Below the pieces are notes generated by a model. That model searched no databases. It saw nothing but the letters and a program-made list of their open reading frames with translations, and was not told the DNA's origin. 63,193 nucleotides of DNA from Thermoanaerobaculia bacterium (lineage in GTDB: Bacteria; Acidobacteriota; Thermoanaerobaculia; Gp7-AA8), in NCBI GenBank assembly GCA_036399695.1, contig DASWMP010000008.1, positions 1 to 63,193 of the forward strand, written 5' to 3'. Positions 59,774-63,193 of this stretch are shown piece after piece. The stretch's first letter is position 1. Every line of letters starts with the position of its first letter. A program made the translations under genes and the position numbers.

Positions 59774-62700
59774 TCACAGCTTCACCTGCCCCAGGTATTC
59801 GATGTTGCCATCGTCCAGCCAGCGGCCGCGGTCACCGGTTTTGTACATGCGGGTGCCGGGGACGAAAGGATTCGGAACCCACTTTTCCTGCGTGAGGCGG
59901 GCGCGGTTCAGGTAGCCGCGCGGCAGACCGTCTCCCGACACGTGCAGCTCGCCGGCGACGCCGACCGGTTGCGGACGACTGCCGCGGTCGAGAATGTAGA
60001 TGCGTGTGTTGTCCACCGGCCGGCCGATGGGGATGACGGCGCGATCGAGCGTGGAGCAGTCGTACGACGTGGCGTCGATCGCCGCCTCGGCCGGACCGTA
60101 AACCTGATGCAGGACGGCCTTCGGGAATGTCGCCCGGCAGCGCTCGGCCGAGGCGCGGTCCAGGCCTGCGCCGGTGCAGAAGACCCGGCGGACGGTTTCG
60201 AACGTATCGCCGGTCTCGGCGAGGAACGTGCGCAGCAGCGAGGGGGTGAAATGCACGGCCGTTGCTTTCGAATCGGTGAGCACCCCCGCCAGCGGCGCCG
60301 AGGAAGCGATCGTGACGGACGCCCCGGCGGTGAGGGGCCAGAAGAGCTCCCCTACCGCGGTGTGGGAGGCGTGGGATGCGTGCTGTAGCAGGACGTCGTG
60401 GGCGTCGAGCGGATGACGGCGCTGCATCGAGCTGACCCGGTTCACCAGTGCCCGATGTTCGACGACGACGCCTTTCGGCTTCCCTTCCGCTGCCGCGGGA
60501 TAGACGACATAGCAGGCGCTCGCGGCTGAAGCGTCGTCGCGGAGCAACACACCCTGCGTTTTCAGCGCGGCGGCGCGGCGGACGATCTCCCCCCACTGGC
60601 GGTCGAGCACGACCAGCTTCGCGTTCGGTGCGAGCAGCGGGGCGAGCTTGTACCGGCAGGACTCCTGCGTCAGGACGACGGCGGCCTGACTGTCCTGGAG
60701 GACGTACGTGAGCTGCTCCTCGGCATCGGCCGGATCGAGCGGCAGATACGTCCCACCGGCTCTGACGACGCCGAGTGCGCCGATGGCCAGGTCGAAGGAG
60801 GGCTCGACGCAGACGGCCACGACGCTCTCCGCCGTCACGCCGAGCGCCTGCAGATACAACGCAAGCTCGCCGCTCTTGTCGGCGAGGGCCTGGTAGCTCA
60901 GTGGGTGTCCGGCGACGGTCACGACCGTCCTCGACGGAGCGGCGGCGGCCTGCGCGGAGAAGAGCTGGTGGATGGAGCGGTCGCGCGGATAGTCGGTGTC
61001 GGTGCTGTTGAAGCCGACGAGCAACTGCTGCTTCTCCACTTCGGTGACGCATTCGAGCGCCCGGATCTTCGTGGTGGGCCTGGCGGCGATGGCGCGGCAG
61101 AGCGAGGTGAAATGTACGCCGAGGCGGGCGATGGTTTGCGGCGTGTAGCGGGCGGCGTCGGTCAGGCGGAGGCAGAGCGCTGAACGCAGCGGGGCGGGCG
61201 CTTCCTGCGTCATCAGCAGCGCCGGGAAATCGCCTGCGGCCTCGGGCGCCGCGGCCTGGTGCGCGTAGGCCTCGTCGCAGGTCTTCTTCACCTGCGAGAG
61301 CAGCGCGGAGAAGGTGTCTTCAGGCTCGATGCGGCTGCGGAGCGGCAGAAGGCGTCCGCCGCCGGCGGTCACGACGCAGATGTCGCTTTCGCCGGTGTAG
61401 CGATGGAGCAGCACCTTGAACGCCGCCAGGAGGATCATGAAGAGGGACGCGCCTTTGTGCTGCGCCACCGCTTCAAGCTGGGCGGACACGTCGGCATCGA
61501 GGTCGAATGTGTAGCTGCCGGCGACAGGGTCGCTGCTCGTGCGCGGATGGTCGGCCGGCAGTTCGAGACGCTCCGGCAGGCCGCTGAGCTTCTGCTGCCA
61601 GTACGCGCGGCCTTGCTCGAAGAGCCGCGACGCGGCGAGCTGCTGCTGCTCCTGCTCCGTCAGCATCGGGAGCTCGTGCACCGCCAGATCAGGACTGGCA
61701 CCGAACCCCCGCAGCAGGACGGCATAGTGCCGGTACAGCGCTTCGATCGTCTCGCGCGAATAGAGGTCGGGGTTGTACTTGAGGTGGACGCTGAACGCAG
61801 ACCCCTGCGCCTCGTAGATTTCGAGGCCCAGCTCGAAGTCCCCTTCCTGCCAGATGCCCGGGACGTTCTCGAGCTGAAACAGCTCCTGCTGCAGCATCGA
61901 CATGAAGTCCGCGGGGTTGACGAAGTTCTGGTAGGCGTACGAGACGCGGAAGATCGGTGCGTTGTCACGCCGCGTCGACCTGAGCCCTTCGACGATCAGC
62001 GGGAAGGGGAAGCTGGAGTGGTAGAGCGCGTCCAGCATCGTTCCCTGCACTTTGCGCATGAACTGCTTGACCGTCAGCGGCGCGCCGCAGTGCACCCGCA
62101 GCGGCACCATGTTGATGAAGTAGCCGACCTCCGTCGCGAACTCCTGCGACGGCCGTCCCATGACCGGCATGCCGACGATGACGTCGTCCTGGTTCGAGTA
62201 GCGATGCAGCAGGAGCTGGAAAGCGGCGAGGAAGATCACGGACGGCGGCACCGCGTGCGCTTTGCTGAAATCGCGCGCCCATGCGCCGAGGTCTTGCGGC
62301 AGGTCAGTGACGAGCGTGTCGCCGGAGAAGGTTGTCTGCTGCGGGCGCTGCGTGCCCGGCAGGAGCTCGAACAGCGGCAATTCGCCGTCGAGCTGTTGTT
62401 GCCAGTAGCGCGCGTGCGCGGCGCCTTCGGACGATGCGAGCATCGCCTCTTCCCAGGCGACGAACTTCTGATAGCCGGGCAGCGGCTGCACCGGCCGCGG
62501 CGAAATGCCTTCGATCAGTTGCTGGTAACAGTCGAGGAGCGCCTTGAGCACGAGCACGGCCGAAGCGCCGTCGATGATGATGTGGTGCACGGTGAGCAGG
62601 AGGACCGGCTTCTCGTTCGCGCGGGCGAACAGCTCGATGCGCGTGAGCGGCCCGCGCTCGAGATCGAAGGGCTGCTTGGCGCGCGACTGCAGGAACGGCA

Positions 62701-63154
62701 GCAGTTGTGCGTCGCCGAGGGCAAGCGTCTGGTGCTGAAGTGACGTGCGGCAGGAAGCGTCGACGCGCTGGTAGAGGGCGCCGTCGCGCTCGATGACTCT
62801 CGCGGTGAGGATCGGGAGCTCGTCGAGCACGCGGTCCCACGCTTCCGCCAGCACGGCGGGATCGATGTCCGCGTTGATCCGGAAGCAGAGCGGCACGTTG
62901 TACGCGCTCATCCCGGGATTCATCTTCTGCAGGATGTACAGCCCCTTCTGCCCCGCGGAGAGCGGGAACTCGACGGGCGTGACGTCCTCCGCCTGCAGGA
63001 AGGCGATGAGCTCCGGCTTGAGACGGACGATGCCGTCGCGCAGCTCCTGCGTCAGCGCACCCTTCTGCGCGTAGCAGCTCAACTGACCGGCATGGGCAGA
63101 CAGCTTCACCCCATTGCTGGCCAGCTTGCGGAGAAGCTCGTTGACGGTTTCCAT
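59774..63154 (-). CDS. decayed, 3'-truncated NRPS module (dock-C-C remnant-degenerate A; no carrier domain); possible pseudogene
   Basis: The ORF is open to the window edge (GTG at 63187). The ATG at 63154 gives METVNELLRKLASNGVKLSA..., paralogous to the start of the downstream NRPS. It contains a docking domain (63154-62993) and a complete C domain with intact HHIIIDG (62567-62587). Next comes only the C-terminal half of a second C domain, with internal deletions (about 61627-60953). The A domain has ruined core motifs: YPAAAEGKPKG instead of YTSGSTGxPKG (60470-60502), HTAVGE instead of FDVSVWE, and GPAEA instead of GPTEA. The protein stops at ...EYLGQVKL, before motifs A8-A10, and has no T domain. 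Confidence 0.85.
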   Translation of the reverse strand: METVNELLRKLASNGVKLSAHAGQLSCYAQKGALTQELRDGIVRLKPELIAFLQAEDVTPVEFPLSAGQKGLYILQKMNPGMSAYNVPLCFRINADIDPAVLAEAWDRVLDELPILTARVIERDGALYQRVDASCRTSLQHQTLALGDAQLLPFLQSRAKQPFDLERGPLTRIELFARANEKPVLLLTVHHIIIDGASAVLVLKALLDCYQQLIEGISPRPVQPLPGYQKFVAWEEAMLASSEGAAHARYWQQQLDGELPLFELLPGTQRPQQTTFSGDTLVTDLPQDLGAWARDFSKAHAVPPSVIFLAAFQLLLHRYSNQDDVIVGMPVMGRPSQEFATEVGYFINMVPLRVHCGAPLTVKQFMRKVQGTMLDALYHSSFPFPLIVEGLRSTRRDNAPIFRVSYAYQNFVNPADFMSMLQQELFQLENVPGIWQEGDFELGLEIYEAQGSAFSVHLKYNPDLYSRETIEALYRHYAVLLRGFGASPDLAVHELPMLTEQEQQQLAASRLFEQGRAYWQQKLSGLPERLELPADHPRTSSDPVAGSYTFDLDADVSAQLEAVAQHKGASLFMILLAAFKVLLHRYTGESDICVVTAGGGRLLPLRSRIEPEDTFSALLSQVKKTCDEAYAHQAAAPEAAGDFPALLMTQEAPAPLRSALCLRLTDAARYTPQTIARLGVHFTSLCRAIAARPTTKIRALECVTEVEKQQLLVGFNSTDTDYPRDRSIHQLFSAQAAAAPSRTVVTVAGHPLSYQALADKSGELALYLQALGVTAESVVAVCVEPSFDLAIGALGVVRAGGTYLPLDPADAEEQLTYVLQDSQAAVVLTQESCRYKLAPLLAPNAKLVVLDRQWGEIVRRAAALKTQGVLLRDDASAASACYVVYPAAAEGKPKGVVVEHRALVNRVSSMQRRHPLDAHDVLLQHASHASHTAVGELFWPLTAGASVTIASSAPLAGVLTDSKATAVHFTPSLLRTFLAETGDTFETVRRVFCTGAGLDRASAERCRATFPKAVLHQVYGPAEAAIDATSYDCSTLDRAVIPIGRPVDNTRIYILDRGSRPQPVGVAGELHVSGDGLPRGYLNRARLTQEKWVPNPFVPGTRMYKTGDRGRWLDDGNIEYLGQVKL

Positions 63155-63162
63155 GGATTGAT

Positions 63163-63193
63163 CTTGGAGTGCGGTGGCGAACGCCACCGCTCT
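63163..63193. repeat. left half of a family-1 palindromic element, cut by the window edge
   Basis: CTTGGAGTGCGGTGGCGAACGCCACCGCTCT. It shares the TTGGAGTGCGG core with the element at 55408. The last 9 nt (CACCGCTCT) are identical to the first 9 nt of the window. Confidence 0.8.

Noticed and set aside
63155-63187. A GTG start at the window edge for the upstream NRPS (MAFATALQDQS-)
   Set aside because: These codons lie inside the family-1 palindromic element. The ATG at 63154 gives an N-terminus colinear with the paralogous docking domain that starts at 59302.

Overview
The whole 63.2-kb window is a single minus-strand biosynthetic locus from a visibly high-GC bacterium. I found no rRNA, tRNA or CRISPR. 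In transcription order (high to low coordinates) it contains: (1) a decayed, truncated NRPS module (59774-63154); (2) a tandem array of about 18 units of 21 bp (59395-59773); (3) a five-module NRPS ending in a thioester reductase (41573-59302); (4) a MATE exporter, a GMC-type flavoprotein and a membrane-anchored START-like protein (37912-41473); (5) two giant AT-less (trans-AT type) PKS proteins (22710-37835 and 81-22469). The PKS proteins carry 8 KS domains, one C-methyltransferase, a KS-less DH-like/ACP/ACP segment, and two in-line beta-branching modules, each with three tandem crotonase-fold domains. The last PKS ends in a KS. No AT, HMG-CoA-synthase cassette, loading module or thioesterase is present, so the pathway must continue outside the window. 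Three kinds of small DNA repeat are superimposed on the genes, and all of them occur in frame inside the megasynthase ORFs. The first is a 143-bp hairpin element inside condensation domain 2, whose two half-copies also form the two ends of the window. The second is a 77-78-bp palindromic element present once between genes and once inside a PKS linker. The third is a 9-bp microsatellite, GGTCCCATN, found at 8 PKS linkers in both orientations and translated as GPI, MGP or NGT. There are also large recent duplications: a PKS bimodule of about 9.3 kb and a 3369-bp NRPS module. All calls come from reading motifs in the supplied translations and DNA. No database search was possible. Domain borders are approximate (+/- about 50 nt), while catalytic-residue coordinates were indexed directly.
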